A stretch of DNA of 64,000 nucleotides from Eledone cirrhosa (lineage: Eukaryota): contig OZ024740.1 of the NCBI GenBank assembly GCA_964016885.1, forward strand, positions 107,260,001 through 107,324,000. The letters run 5' to 3'. The position numbers and the translations under genes were made by a program. The stretch's first letter is position 1, and every line of letters begins with the position of its first letter. The notes under the pieces were generated by a model, which was not told the DNA's origin, made no database searches, and saw only the letters and a program-made list of their open reading frames with translations. Below are positions 42,291-54,962 of the stretch, in pieces.

Positions 42291-42547
42291 TATATATATA
42301 TATATATTTATATATCCACATATATATATATATATCTATATATATATATACATACATATACACACACATACACATACATACACACACACCCACACATATA
42401 CATATACACATACACATATACAAACACATACATACATATACACACATCCACACTTAGAACATAACATACACACACATATATAAACATATACATATACACA
42501 CATAGATACAAATACACACATACATATAAATACACATATATATATAC

Positions 42548-42606
<59 letters not shown>

Positions 42607-42895
42607 CACTCATACATAGGCATATAATCACACATACTATATAGACACACATATATATACACACATACATACACAAATACCTACACTTACATACATATAT
42701 ACATACAGATATACACATACATACCTATATATACACACACAAATACATACAGACATATATACATACATACAGACAAATACTTACGCATCTATATATCGGT
42801 ATATACATACAAACACCACTACACTCTCACACAACTCAGACATACAAAGAAAAAGGTATATACCCATACACATATACATATACAAATAGAGAAAC

Positions 42896-42936
<41 letters not shown>

Positions 42937-43181
42937 TACACATACATATATACATACACATACATATACACATACACACATACACATACAAACACATACA
43001 TACACGTACACACACATAGATATATATACACACACATACACACATACATATATAGTCATACACACACATACACCTACACGAACATACACATACACATATA
43101 CAAAGATATATATACACACACACACACACATACACACACACACATATATATAAAAAAAAAATAAAAAAAAGTAAAGATATA

Positions 43182-43256
<75 letters not shown>

Positions 43257-43596
43257 ATATACATACACATACATACACACATACATAGACATATACGTAC
43301 ATACATACATATACATAGATACATACACATACATACATACATATATATATACACACATAGACATATACATACATACACACACAACATACATACACACATA
43401 TATACTCATACATAGAATTAGATATATAAACATACATACATACGCACTTACATATACTCATATATACCAATACAAACGCATCCATATATGCGTATATACA
43501 TAGAAACACCACTACACCCTCACCCAATTCAGATATACAAAGAAAAAGGCATATACATATACATATAAACACGCATCAATAGAGATATATATACAC

Positions 43597-43628
<32 letters not shown>

Positions 43629-43873
43629 ACACACATACACTTATATACATATACCCACACACAACATACAACCATAAATACACATACAAACACCCACATA
43701 TATAAATATATACACATATATATATATATATATACACACACACATAAAAGACAGACATGCACACATATATATTTTTTTACACATATATATACACATATAT
43801 ATACATATACACACCCTCACATATACACATACACATAAGTTATATTATAATAATAAATAATATATATATATAT

Positions 43874-43906
<33 letters not shown>

Positions 43907-44480
43907 CATACATATATATATACATATATATATATATACACACACACACATATGAATATAGACATATAAACACACATAGATATATATACATACATATATA
44001 CACATACATATACACACACACACATATACACATTCACATATACATGTGTGTGCATACACACATATATATACATACACACATATACACATAAACACATATA
44101 TGTGTATACATGCACACACACACATATATCCACATAGATACGAAGATATACATATAAATAGAGAGACATACATATATATACACACACACACATATACATA
44201 CATACATACACACACATATATATATATACATATACATACATATATATATACATATATACACATATATATATATATATATATATATACAGATACAGACATA
44301 CTCATACACATACATATACACACATGCATATATACACACACATACACATACATACACACATATATATATAAACACAATCATACATTCTTATTTGCATGCG
44401 CATATATGTATTTTTATATTCAGATATAAAGTACCCAAATATATATACACCTACCTACATATATATTCATACATACACGC
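42291..44480. repeat. Degenerate (CA)/(TA)/(CATA) low-complexity tract with internal duplication
   Basis: 42775-42870 resembles 43470-43565. Confidence 0.85.
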
Positions 44481-45164
44481 TTACAAACACAGATGATAAT
44501 AGTATGGGGGAAAGGGGGGGGGGTTGGAGAAGGGGATTATAGTAAATATATGTTTCAAGAAACATAGAATATTCTCTGTATCTAGATCCAATGTATGTTT
44601 ATACATAGTATCAGTGTTAGGAAATACAATAAACAAGGAATAAGGCAAAATGTATGCAATTCAAAATAAATAAGTATACCATTAATTATATGTTAACTAA
44701 ACTAAAGATAGTTAACATATTGATTTCTAAGGTGTAAATTAGTTAGGTTTATAATATTTGAAGCAGAATTTTGAAGTTAAATAGTAGTAGAGTATTAATT
44801 ATAGTATAACTAAATTAAAGTTAATAACTTTATGGTATCAATATTAGGAAATGAATTTAGTAATAGGGAAAAAACAAATAAAGTATTACATCGGTAGTAG
44901 AATATAAAATATAGGTTAATTAAATTAAAAATTATATATTTATTTCTATAGTATATGTTAATTAGGTATATAATAAATAAAACAGATATTGTATTTTATC
45001 AATAGCAGAATATAATTATATGCAAATAGAGATCAAAATTAATACATATACATATACTTATACATACACATATATATATATACACATATATATACATATA
45101 TATATATATACATATATACACACATACATACGCACACACATACACATACACATATACATATTTT

Positions 45165-45186
45165 TTCAAGTGAACTATAACTTCCT

Positions 45187-45244
<58 letters not shown>

Positions 45245-45434
45245 AGGAAGTTATAGTTCACTTGAAGCATTGTGTAATGAGGTATAAACGTTTGTATATG
45301 TATAATAAAGCCAAAACAATGCAGGTATGGACATAGAATAAAGAATGCAAATGCAAAAGATATTGTTGACAATTAGTATTCTTTATTCTATGCCCATACC
45401 TGCATTGTTTTGGCTTTATTATACATATACAAAC

Positions 45435-45440
<6 letters not shown>
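45165..45440. repeat. Two adjacent hairpins (arms flanking a TA tract, and ~60 bp arms)
   Basis: TTCAAGTGAACTATAACTTCCTCC-(AT)n-GGAGGAAGTTATAGTTCACTTGAA; 45283-45345 is inverted at 45378-45440. Confidence 0.85.
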
Positions 45441-45487
<47 letters not shown>

Positions 45488-45518
45488 ATTAGAAAGTGAA
45501 CAACACAATATATAACTA

Positions 45519-45586
45519 CTCCATTACCAAAGGTTTCAGGACTCTAGACAATATTAATATACGTCTAGAACGTTCATCAGACAGAG
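45519..45586 (-). ncRNA. Type I hammerhead ribozyme
   Basis: Reverse strand ctctgt-CTGATGA-...ctagac...gtctag...-GAAA-cc ttt gg-TA-atggag. Confidence 0.75.
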
Positions 45587-45606
45587 ATAACTTCAGATGA
45601 TAACAT

Positions 45607-45674
45607 CTCTATCTGATGAACGAACTAGACGTATGTTAATACTGTCTAGGGTCCTGAAACCTGTGGTAATGGAG
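45607..45674 (+). ncRNA. Type I hammerhead ribozyme
   Basis: ctctat-CTGATGA-...ctagac...gtctag...-GAAA-cc tgt gg-TA-atggag. Confidence 0.78.
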
Positions 45675-45785
45675 TAGTTATATATTGTGTTGTTCACTTT
45701 CTAATTAAATAGCTGTTTTATACATAGAACACTCTTTTTTCCTTTGCTTTTTCTTCGGAATTACCTAATACACACATATATATAC

Positions 45786-45844
<59 letters not shown>

Positions 45845-45940
45845 AACACACACAAAGCAAATATACCACTGCACAAATAATATCAAGAGAGAGGAGGGAA
45901 AACACATTGCAAAAACAGTAATGAAGGGGATGTCTAAATA

Positions 45941-46340
45941 ATTATTTCTACTTTTGGCACAAATCCAGCAATTACCCAGTGCATTACTGGTACTTTATTT
46001 TATCGACCCCGTAAGGATGAAAGGCAAAGTTAATCTCGGCGGGATTTGAACTCAGAATGGCAAGGGGCGTAACTCTATGCGTCAAAGCATGGCGTCCGAC
46101 CCTCTACCGATACTTTAAATCCACCGCCATTTAAATGAAGGGGATGTCTAAATAATTGTTTCTACTTTGTCACAAGGTCAGCAACTACCCAGTGCATTAC
46201 TGGTACTTTATTTTATCGACCCCGTAAGGATGAAAGGCAAAGTTAACCTCGACGGGATTTGAACTCAGACCGTAAAGGGACGTAACTATGCTGGAAAGCG
46301 TGGCATCCAACCCTCTACCGATACTGCCAATTCACTGCCC
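45941..46340 (-). mobile_element. Two head-to-tail SINE copies (family of 12457/39693)
   Basis: Units 45941-46130 and 46152-46340, each preceded by AATGAAGGGGATGTCTAAATA. Confidence 0.85.
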
Positions 46341-46719
46341 TAAATGAAGTATATAGTCATGTGATGTGGCTTTAAATAAAAGTAAAGAAATATACACAGA
46401 AAATATAATGAGCAGTTCTTAGAAATATCCAGTTCAAATTTTTCTAAGTACTAAATCAGGATGTGTGTCTATGTGAGCATGCGCCTGTGTGTGTGTCTGT
46501 GTACGTATATGTGTGTGTGCACGCACGGTGTGTATGTGTGAGTGAGGGAGTGAGTGAGTGAGTGAGAGAGAGGGAGAGAAGCAATGGGAGGGACTATAAA
46601 ATGTAACTAGAAATTTAAAAATTGACAACACACGCACTCATCATCATTATTTAACGTGTTTCCCTGCTAATGTATACATATATATATATATTTGTGTGCC
46701 GCGTGTGTATGCATGTGTC

Positions 46720-46789
<70 letters not shown>

Positions 46790-46907
46790 AAGTAATTCCG
46801 TCGGAAAAGTCCAGGAAAAAAGAGTGCTCTATGTAGGTAACAGAGCCTAATAGTTATTCCTATGTAGGTAACATAGCTTAATAACTATATATTTATATAT
46901 ATACATA

Positions 46908-46982
<75 letters not shown>

Positions 46983-47023
46983 TATATATATATATATATA
47001 TATCTATATTATATATCTATATA

Positions 47024-47068
<45 letters not shown>

Positions 47069-47099
47069 CTATATATATATATACATATATAGCTATATA

Positions 47100-47130
<31 letters not shown>

Positions 47131-47156
47131 ACATATATAGCTATATAATATATATA

Positions 47157-47219
<63 letters not shown>

Positions 47220-47507
47220 CAAATAACGAAACGAAATTAAATTTCGTTTCGTTTGTAACTCACTTTTGTATGACTGACGCTTAAACAATTAAGTTAAAGA
47301 TGTACATCCATATATGTATACTGAAATACTAGTATGTATATGAATACACACACGTATACATATGTAGATGTACCAAGTTTTTTTCAGGTCACTTTACTGT
47401 GAGTGGCCAGCTATTCTGTATGTAAACACACAGACAAACCGGTTTTTAGAGTCATACTGGTTTTTGAGGAAACACCTTTCCTCTATTTTCCAGAAAGCCA
47501 GACAAGG

Positions 47508-47552
47508 AATATTGAACTAGTTTCGTTGTTGTTACAACTCATCAGCAATATT
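47508..47552 (-). ncRNA. Minimal type I hammerhead ribozyme
   Basis: Reverse complement of 47759-47803. Confidence 0.88.
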
Positions 47553-47758
47553 TACCTATCTTCCGGCCTCTCTAGAGAATCATAAAAGCACATATCGTTA
47601 TATGCTTTTTCTATGAAAATTAGTAGTGGGCAGACTAATTTGCATAGAGTGTGAGTAAGTACCGGTTCAACGGTAGTCTGCCCACTACTAATTTTCATAG
47701 AAAAAGCATATAACGATATGTGCTTTTACGATTCTCTAGAGAGGCCGGAAGATAGGTA

Positions 47759-47803
47759 AATATTGCTGATGAGTTGTAACAACAACGAAACTAGTTCAAT
47801 ATT
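47759..47803 (+). ncRNA. Minimal type I hammerhead ribozyme
   Basis: aatattg-CTGATGA-gttgt aaca acaac-GAAA-ctag-TT-caatatt. Confidence 0.88.
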
Positions 47804-48099
47804 CCTTGTCTGGCTTTCTGGAAAATAGAGGAAAGGTGTTTCCTCAAAAACCAGTATGACTCTAAAAACCGGTTTGTCTGTGTGTTTACATACAGAATAG
47901 CTGGCCACTCACAGTAAAGTGACCAGTGAAAAAAACTTGGTACATCTACATATGTATACGTGTGTGTATTCATATACATACTAGTATTTCAGTATACATA
48001 TATGGATGTACATCTTTAACTTAATTGTATATATATATATATATATTATATATATATATATATATAATATATATATATTATATATATATACATATATAG

Positions 48100-48158
<59 letters not shown>

Positions 48159-48193
48159 AACGTGGCAAATAGTGTTTGTGGCATTTAATCGCA

Positions 48194-48275
48194 ATCTCTC
48201 GCTGATGAAGCCCAGGATTATCTGTTACAAACACACTCAGGGCGAAACAGATTAGGGATAATCTGTCCGAGAGAT
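48194..48275 (+). ncRNA. Canonical type I hammerhead ribozyme in a short PLE-type terminus (48156-48500)
   Basis: atctctcg-CTGATGA-a gccc...gggc-GAAA-cagatta ggga taatctg-TC-cgagagat. Confidence 0.9.
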
Positions 48276-48523
48276 ATAATGGTTATTGAGGCGGTTTGTA
48301 TTATTATGATAATATATTTTTATTTTCATTTTGTCATTCTGTCTGTTTCTTGGTTAAATATTTCAAGCATATGTGGTTTTTCAACCCTTGTAATTTTAGA
48401 CACACGGTTTACTGTGTTTCTTACTATATATTGTTAATCGGCTCAGTATTTATTTGTACTTTATACTTAGAGCTTAATAGTTACAGGGTTCTAATTCTCA
48501 TATATATATATATATATATATAT

Positions 48524-49242
48524 TCACGAATTACACTAAAGAGGTTTTGAGACTTTTTTCTTTTCAGGCACTTTTACTTGACCTACATAATTATCACTTT
48601 AATACATCCTTGATATAGTTATAAGCTAACATGTCAAATCTTTTTTTTTCCAGATTGAAGGTTTGGGCTGCTACACTACTTTAAACACTACCCGTCATAC
48701 ACGTCTTGACACGTGAGGACGTGAGGACAACTTGGAGACTCAATATGCACTGAAGGTTTGTGTCAAGTTCGGCAAAAACGTTGTAGAAAACTATGAAATT
48801 ATTGAAATTGCTTACTAACTAACTTTCATGAACTGGTCGACTGTTTTCTGTTGGCACAAGAGGTTCCAGGAGGGCATGGAGCAGGTGAGGGACGACGAAA
48901 GGTGTGGCAGGGAGAGGGACATCATGAAGCCAAAATTGGTCGACAAAACTCGCAAACTTCTGGATGACGACCGTCATACATCTATCCTGCTATATGTTGT
49001 TAAACAATTTGAAGTGACTGAGGGTACTGTGCACAGAGTCATTCATGACGACCTGAACTTGCGCAAAGTTTGTTCCCAGGGTATCAATGAAGATTAAAGG
49101 CCAAAGCACGTTGATGACAGCTGGGAGATGGTCAAATGGATTGCTTTGAATCTACTTTGAGAGAGACTAGTTTTGTGTTGATCTGAGTTAAATAAATGTC
49201 TCTCTGATAAAAATCTCAAAACCTCTTGAGTGTATCATGTAT
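48524..49242 (+). mobile_element. Internally deleted mariner-like DNA transposon
   Basis: TIRs TACACTAAAGAGGTTTTGAGACTTTT / AAAATCTCAAAACCTCTTGAGTGTA; ORF 48828..49097 STVFCWHKRFQEG...DDERCGR...GTVHRVIHDDLNLRKVCS resembles the mariner transposase HTH region; TA flanks. Confidence 0.85.
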
Positions 49243-49514
49243 GTATGTATATATATATATATATATATACATATATATATACATATATATATATATATAC
49301 AAGTGGAAGCTTAGTAAAATCAAAGCTTTGGCTGTGGCCAAGCAAAGTCGACCTACAATAAGGAATGAGTAGCAGAGCACTCAATAAGGGTAGGTCCTTA
49401 GAGTAATAACATTACGTTTAGATAGCTTCACGAATTGAAAATTGCGGCAGGCAAAACCCAACCACACAATACCAAAACAACGAAAGAACTAATCAGGTTA
49501 AACATACATATATA

Positions 49515-50677
49515 TTCCATTGTATGTCCCAAATGCAAACTATGGGTACATAAAAGATGTAGTGGGATCACAGGTAAGCTATCTAAGAACGTAGATTTTC
49601 TATGTGGCCGATGCTCAGGTGCAATAAGTAGTAAGTGCCCACAGGATACTAGCTCCTTCTATTACCCAGATGGTTCTATAGAAATAGTGGACACTTTCCA
49701 TTACCTGGGTGACAAAATCAGCAGTGGTGGAGGGTGCTCTGAAAGTACAGTAGCCAGAGTCAGAACAGGATGGAAAAAGTTCAGAGAGCTTATACCGCTG
49801 TTGGCCACAAAAGGTTTCTCTCTAAAAATGAAAGGCAGATTGTATGATGCCTGTATATGAACAGCAATGCTACATGGCGGTGAGACATGGGCATTGCGTG
49901 CAGAGGACCTGCGCAGACTGGAAAGGAACGAAGCATGCATGCTCCGTTGGATGTGTAATAGTAATATACGTGAATGGCAAAGCATAAATGAACTAAGTGA
50001 AAAATTAGGAATAAGAGGGATCAGATGCTGTTTACTTGAGGGAAAACTACGTTGGTATGGTCATGTGATGCACATGAACGACGACAGCTGTATAAAAAAG
50101 TGCAGGGCGATCAAAATTGATGGAAGTTACGGATAGGCAGACCCAGAAAAACCTGGGACGATTTGATAAATTCCGACCTTACACACTTGCACCTCTCTAA
50201 GACAATGTCACTGGACCGAGATCTTTGGCGCTACGCAGTAATACAGAAGACCCGCTTTGCCTATGTACAGAGCGAAACCTACATTCAGTAGGCACCTCTT
50301 AACCAAATATACACCCCAATCCACTACCCCCACTCCATCCTCCCACTCCCACCAACACCACCCTCTCTCTGTAAAGTTGGTACCACAACATCCAGTCCAA
50401 ATAAATGAGAAAATGAGATTGAGATCGTGTAGGTGTCACAACAAAAAAACACACAGTCCACGCTGTAATGTGGCCGTGTAGGTAACATGGTAAAAAGTTC
50501 CCAGTCCACACTGTGTGGTTGGTGTTAGGAAGGGCATCCAGCCATAGAAAACCTGCCAGATAGTCCTATATGAGCGAGACACGGTCACCCGACCAACCTT
50601 GCCAAAGTGGGACAACTCCCGTCTAACCCATGCTAGCGTGGAAGATGGATGTTAAACGATGATGATGATGATGATGA
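49515..50677 (+). mobile_element. 5'-truncated RTE copy (relative of 29423-33716)
   Basis: Starts within the PHD finger (CPKCKLWVHKRC); TGA at 49858; (GAT)n tail. Confidence 0.92.
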
Positions 50678-50694
50678 TATATATATATATTATA

Positions 50695-50830
50695 GAGAAC
50701 TGGCATAATTGTTATAGCACAAGACAAAATGCCTTGCAGTATTTATGCCATAAAAATCCAACCAAGTTCATTTTCGCCTTTCATCCTTTCAGTTGATAAA
50801 TGGAGTACCAGTTGAGGTCAGTGTATTGGC
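50695..50830 (+). mobile_element. Degenerate SINE
   Basis: GCCTTTCATCCTTTCAGTTGATAAATGGAGTACCAG resembles the 12457 family. Confidence 0.6.
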
Positions 50831-51406
50831 AAACTTATTACAGCAGCGCTTTGTTGAAACATCATGGCTATGTTGTAGGAATTTACACACACACACACAC
50901 ACACACATTAATAGGGATGTGCAATCCACACTCTAATCTGTCAGCTGTGATGCAGATAATATGAAGTACTCAACACCATATGTAAATAATACAAACCAGA
51001 GCATTATAGAATATTAAATACAACAAAGGCCATATGCAGTTGTATGTAGGTTGATCTCAATTGGTTTCACTGCTGTAGGTCACTAGTTGTGGGGAACATT
51101 CCAACAATCCAGGTCTCAACCTCGACATTCCCTTTATATCGAAAGATTCCACTCTGACACTTTGCACCAGGAGCATGAATCTCCTTGGCCGAGGCTTTGG
51201 ACATATGAATTCACTCCATTGGGCTACAGTAGAGCATAGACAAAGCGATGGAGACAAGCTCCCATATCTTTCCATAAACACCTTATAGCCCAGTTAAACA
51301 TTATAATGACTACTTTATATTCTTGTTAAGCTATAACGTTATCTACTTTAAGTATATCCCCTTGATTTAATCCTCATTTTAATTTATATTTAATTTATAT
51401 ATTTAG

Positions 51407-54235
51407 TTATAACATTTGCCCATAAGTAAAGGTTGGCACAAATACCGAATTGAAGAAAGCAAGTTTGGCTACTACACCTACCCCTTTGCTTCTGATTACC
51501 AAATGCATTACTGCACCAGCTCCTGCAATGCTTGGACTTAATTCAGCCTCCTGCTTTCCATCACTCGTGAACACAGCCCTGAGATACTTGAACTGCTCCA
51601 TCTACTTCAGTGGAACTCCATTCCATTCATATGTAGTGTGTACTACACAGACTTCCTTGAAAGGACGAGTGTCTAAGTTTTCGCAGCACTGATTTTCATT
51701 CCAGCCATGCAGCACTTGGCATCAAACCTATCAAGTGCAAGTCGGAGATCACCTTCAGTCGTGTTAAGTAACATCATGTTGTCTGCAAATTCCAGTCGAC
51801 TTAATTTAACCCCGCCAGTCATGATACCACTTCCAACCGGGCTGCGCATGTCAATCCTGTTCAGGAAAATAATGAACCGGGGAGATAACAGCACACACAC
51901 TTGGCGGAGTCTGACTCCCACATTAAATGGTTTTGATTTAGCACCATTTATCCAAACAAAAATACTCGGGTATTCGTATAGACAGATCAGGGCAGCAAGA
52001 AGCTGACCATTGATCCCATACTCCTACAGAACCTTCCACAGCAGGTCCCAAGGAACGTGGTCACATACCTGTTCAAGGTCAACAAAACAAGAATATACCT
52101 ATTAGCAATACACCCACGATTTCTTGAAGGCCTGCCATAGTGTAAATATTTGGTAGGCTGTGCTGCGTCCGGGGCAAAAACTACATTGTTCATCAGTTAA
52201 CTTGGACTCGACAATCTCCTTGCATCTCTTTGCCAGACATTTGGCATAGACTTTACCGGGGAGGCTTAACAAGGAGATCCCTCTGTAGTTGGAATAATCT
52301 CGCGTCTTCCCTTTTGAAAATTGGGATTATCACTCCCAATTGCCATTGCTTAGGTGCCTTTTCAGAGATCCAGACCACCTGGCACACACAAGTCACCCAG
52401 AGAATACCTTCTCTATTTAAGGCTTTTAAAATCTCATCCCAGATTTCATCTTCTCCAGCGGCCCTGCCACGTTTGAGCTCTTTGACAGCTCTTGTGACCT
52501 CAGCCTCCGAGAGATTAGTCACCACTTCCAGATGCACATCGTGTACATCAGAGGATGCTGTTGTGATCAAGTTTTGGAAATCAGCAAATTATTCCTTCCA
52601 CCTCACAAGGATGGACCTCTCTGAAGTGAGAACCTCATATGTGTCCCTGGTAGCAAGTGTGGAGGAGGAGGACTTATTACGAAGTCAGTGGATGGTCTGC
52701 CAACACTTTATTTGGTGATCTGAAGTCAGATTCCAGCTTAACCCCAAAGTCGTCCCATGTCTTAATTTTGGATACCTTTACTCTCTGTTGCTAATATTCT
52801 TGCCTACTTGTACCACAGATGTAAGGAGGACTTATTTCCAAGTCAAGCTTTGTAGGTCTCCTTTTTTGCTTGAATGGCATCTTTGACCTCTTCATTGAAC
52901 CAAGGGGTCCTACAGCCACCTGGCACCACTCCAAACCTCTTTCATCCACAGCATTTAACAGCTGAAGCAGAAACTGCTGAACTGAACTATCTTCACTCAG
53001 TCTCAACATCCTCAGTTTGCTCAGGGAGTTCTCTGAATTTGGATGCAATAGTATCTACATACCTGATCCTGACTTCCTTATCCACCAAATATTCCCACTT
53101 TATCCTGTTTTGTGGGTTTTTTTGGCTTTAGGTTATCTCAAGTTGCAGATAACTAGATGGTGATCAATTGAGAGCTCAGCCCCTCTCTTTGACACAAACA
53201 TCCAGTAGAGAACTGAAGAGATCAGAGACAATAACAAAATCAATTATTGATCTCTGTCTCTGATTCCCCTTATACCATGTATATTTATGGATGTCTCTGT
53301 GCTGGAAGGTGTTCATAATAGAGAGTCCATTGCTAGAATGAAAGTCTAATAAGGCCTCTCCATTCATATTTAGATTGAGGTTGTCATTACTTCCAATCAT
53401 TCCTTTCCATGTCAGGTGGTCAGTGCCAACATGTGCATTAAGGTCTCCCATCAGGATATATGACTCAGTCTTAACTACATCTAATGCTGCAGTGACTTCA
53501 ACTAGGAAGGATATGTATTCAGATTCCTTATTTGGTGCATAGACTTGCACCACCCACAGAGACCTATTTTTCAGCTTAAGCTTCAAGAGGCAAATCCTCC
53601 CTCTTAATGGTATCCAGTCTGTAACACATTCTGACAGCTGGGATCTTATGAATATCCCCACTCCCACTCCCCAGTCATTCCTGGTGCCACACCTGAATAG
53701 TGGAGTTTCCATTATCCATCCACATCTACAGTATCAGAGCCACGGAACTTTGTTGAAGAAACCCCAGCTAGATGCTAACTGGTAGCATCTAGCCTCTCCA
53801 CTAGTTTCTGTTCCTTACCTGTAAGGATTGTCATGTTTCAGGTTCCAATTGTCAAGGTTTGCTCCCTTCCGAACCCTTTTTGGGGTCTTGGGATAAGCAA
53901 TCTTTGTGCGTCCATCCGACACCTCCCAGGACAGGTTGCAGACCCATCGCCAGTTTTTGCGGCATGAAATGGAGACTGCAATATATTTTTTGGACAGGAT
54001 AATGATCAAAAGAATATGATTGAAAATACAAGCGACCAAAATAGGGTTCCTCCAAAGGGTCTTTGGAGTAACGTTACTCGATATAATGCATAGCTCAGAG
54101 ATCAGAGTCACTCCCGGTAGAGCGACTACTTCTCCAAATTGAGAGATCCCAGCTCTAACACTATGGGAATGAAGTTAAAATGTCTCAGGAATGAATCGCT
54201 GGATAGATTTTATGGGTAAAACCAACCGACAACTC
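51407..54235. mobile_element. Decayed RTE (Rex3/Expander-like) with the 5' 2.6 kb inverted relative to its 3' end
   Basis: Minus strand: APE (VYAPN, GDLNAH, YTWY, IDFVIVS) and RT through ...VPTFTYG. Plus strand 53997-54230 continues ...IQATKIGFLQRV...LLLQIERSQL. Confidence 0.8.
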
Positions 54236-54319
54236 AAGGAGGCAGCACTCAAACATGTGTACTGCACACTCTATTGCATACTTTGACGGCTGAGTGGAAA
54301 GACCAAGTGGACTAATGAT

Positions 54320-54872
54320 AACATCTTTGTGGAATATCATGGTTAGATTGTGTAGAAAGGTGGTATGAACAGAAACCAGGTGTGATAGAGTTGAGATGAC
54401 AAGGCTAGATCATGTAGAAAGGTGGTATGAATAGTAACTCGAGGGTGTGATTGGGAATGAACATTTTAAAATCCTTTAAGAGTTTATAATACAATATGAC
54501 CTACCAGTGCAGCACCAAAAGCCAGATATTGTCTTTAAAGGCAAATATCAGGAGAAAGTTATAGTCATTGACATTGCTATAGACAATAGGATGAAAGAAA
54601 AAGATGGCCAGGTATGAACCACTGAAAGAAAAAATAGAGCGTATGAGGATGATAAAGGCCATTGTTGTAACAGTTGGTCTGGGTGCTTTTGAAGGTCATG
54701 TAGGTAGACTGGGAGTAAAAAAAAACAAGCGGAAAACAGAGTTGTTGAGCACAGCTAGTTTTGTCTGTATAGGCAATGGGGAAGGATCTACATGACCTTT
54801 GGTGTCTTGTTGGCACCTGATTGTGTGGAAAACAAACTAGACAAGATGATCTCCAACTATTTGTGGTCATGT

Positions 54873-54906
<34 letters not shown>
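54320..54906 (+). mobile_element. R4/Dong-like LINE 3' fragment (restriction-like endonuclease) with (TAA)n tail
   Basis: WYEQKP...ENEHFKIL-like, KPDIV...VIVIDIAI...RYEPLK motifs; (TAA)n at 54874-54906. Confidence 0.7.
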
Positions 54907-54907
<1 letters not shown>

Positions 54908-54962
54908 GTATTGTGTACAGTGCTCAGGTGCACTACAACTCATCAAAAAGTGTATGTATAGT

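Larger units (their letters stand above)
45484..45775. mobile_element. Fold-back mini-element (~105 bp arms) with two divergent HHRs and a PLE tail
   Basis: 45484-45588 is inverted at 45605-45710; tail TACATAGAACACTCTT...CGGAATTAC. Confidence 0.85.
47285..48027. mobile_element. Large fold-back element (~353 bp arms, ~36 nt loop) with two divergent HHRs
   Basis: 47285-47638 is inverted at 47674-48027 with only a few differences; the same 60-aa ORF appears on both strands. Confidence 0.92.

Noticed and set aside
47403-47908. Identical 60-aa ORF on both strands
   Set aside because: A consequence of the fold-back; non-ATG start and no protein motif.
51057-51290. Coding-looking patch or possible host exon
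   Set aside because: No recognisable domain or convincing splice pair in any frame; needs BLASTX.
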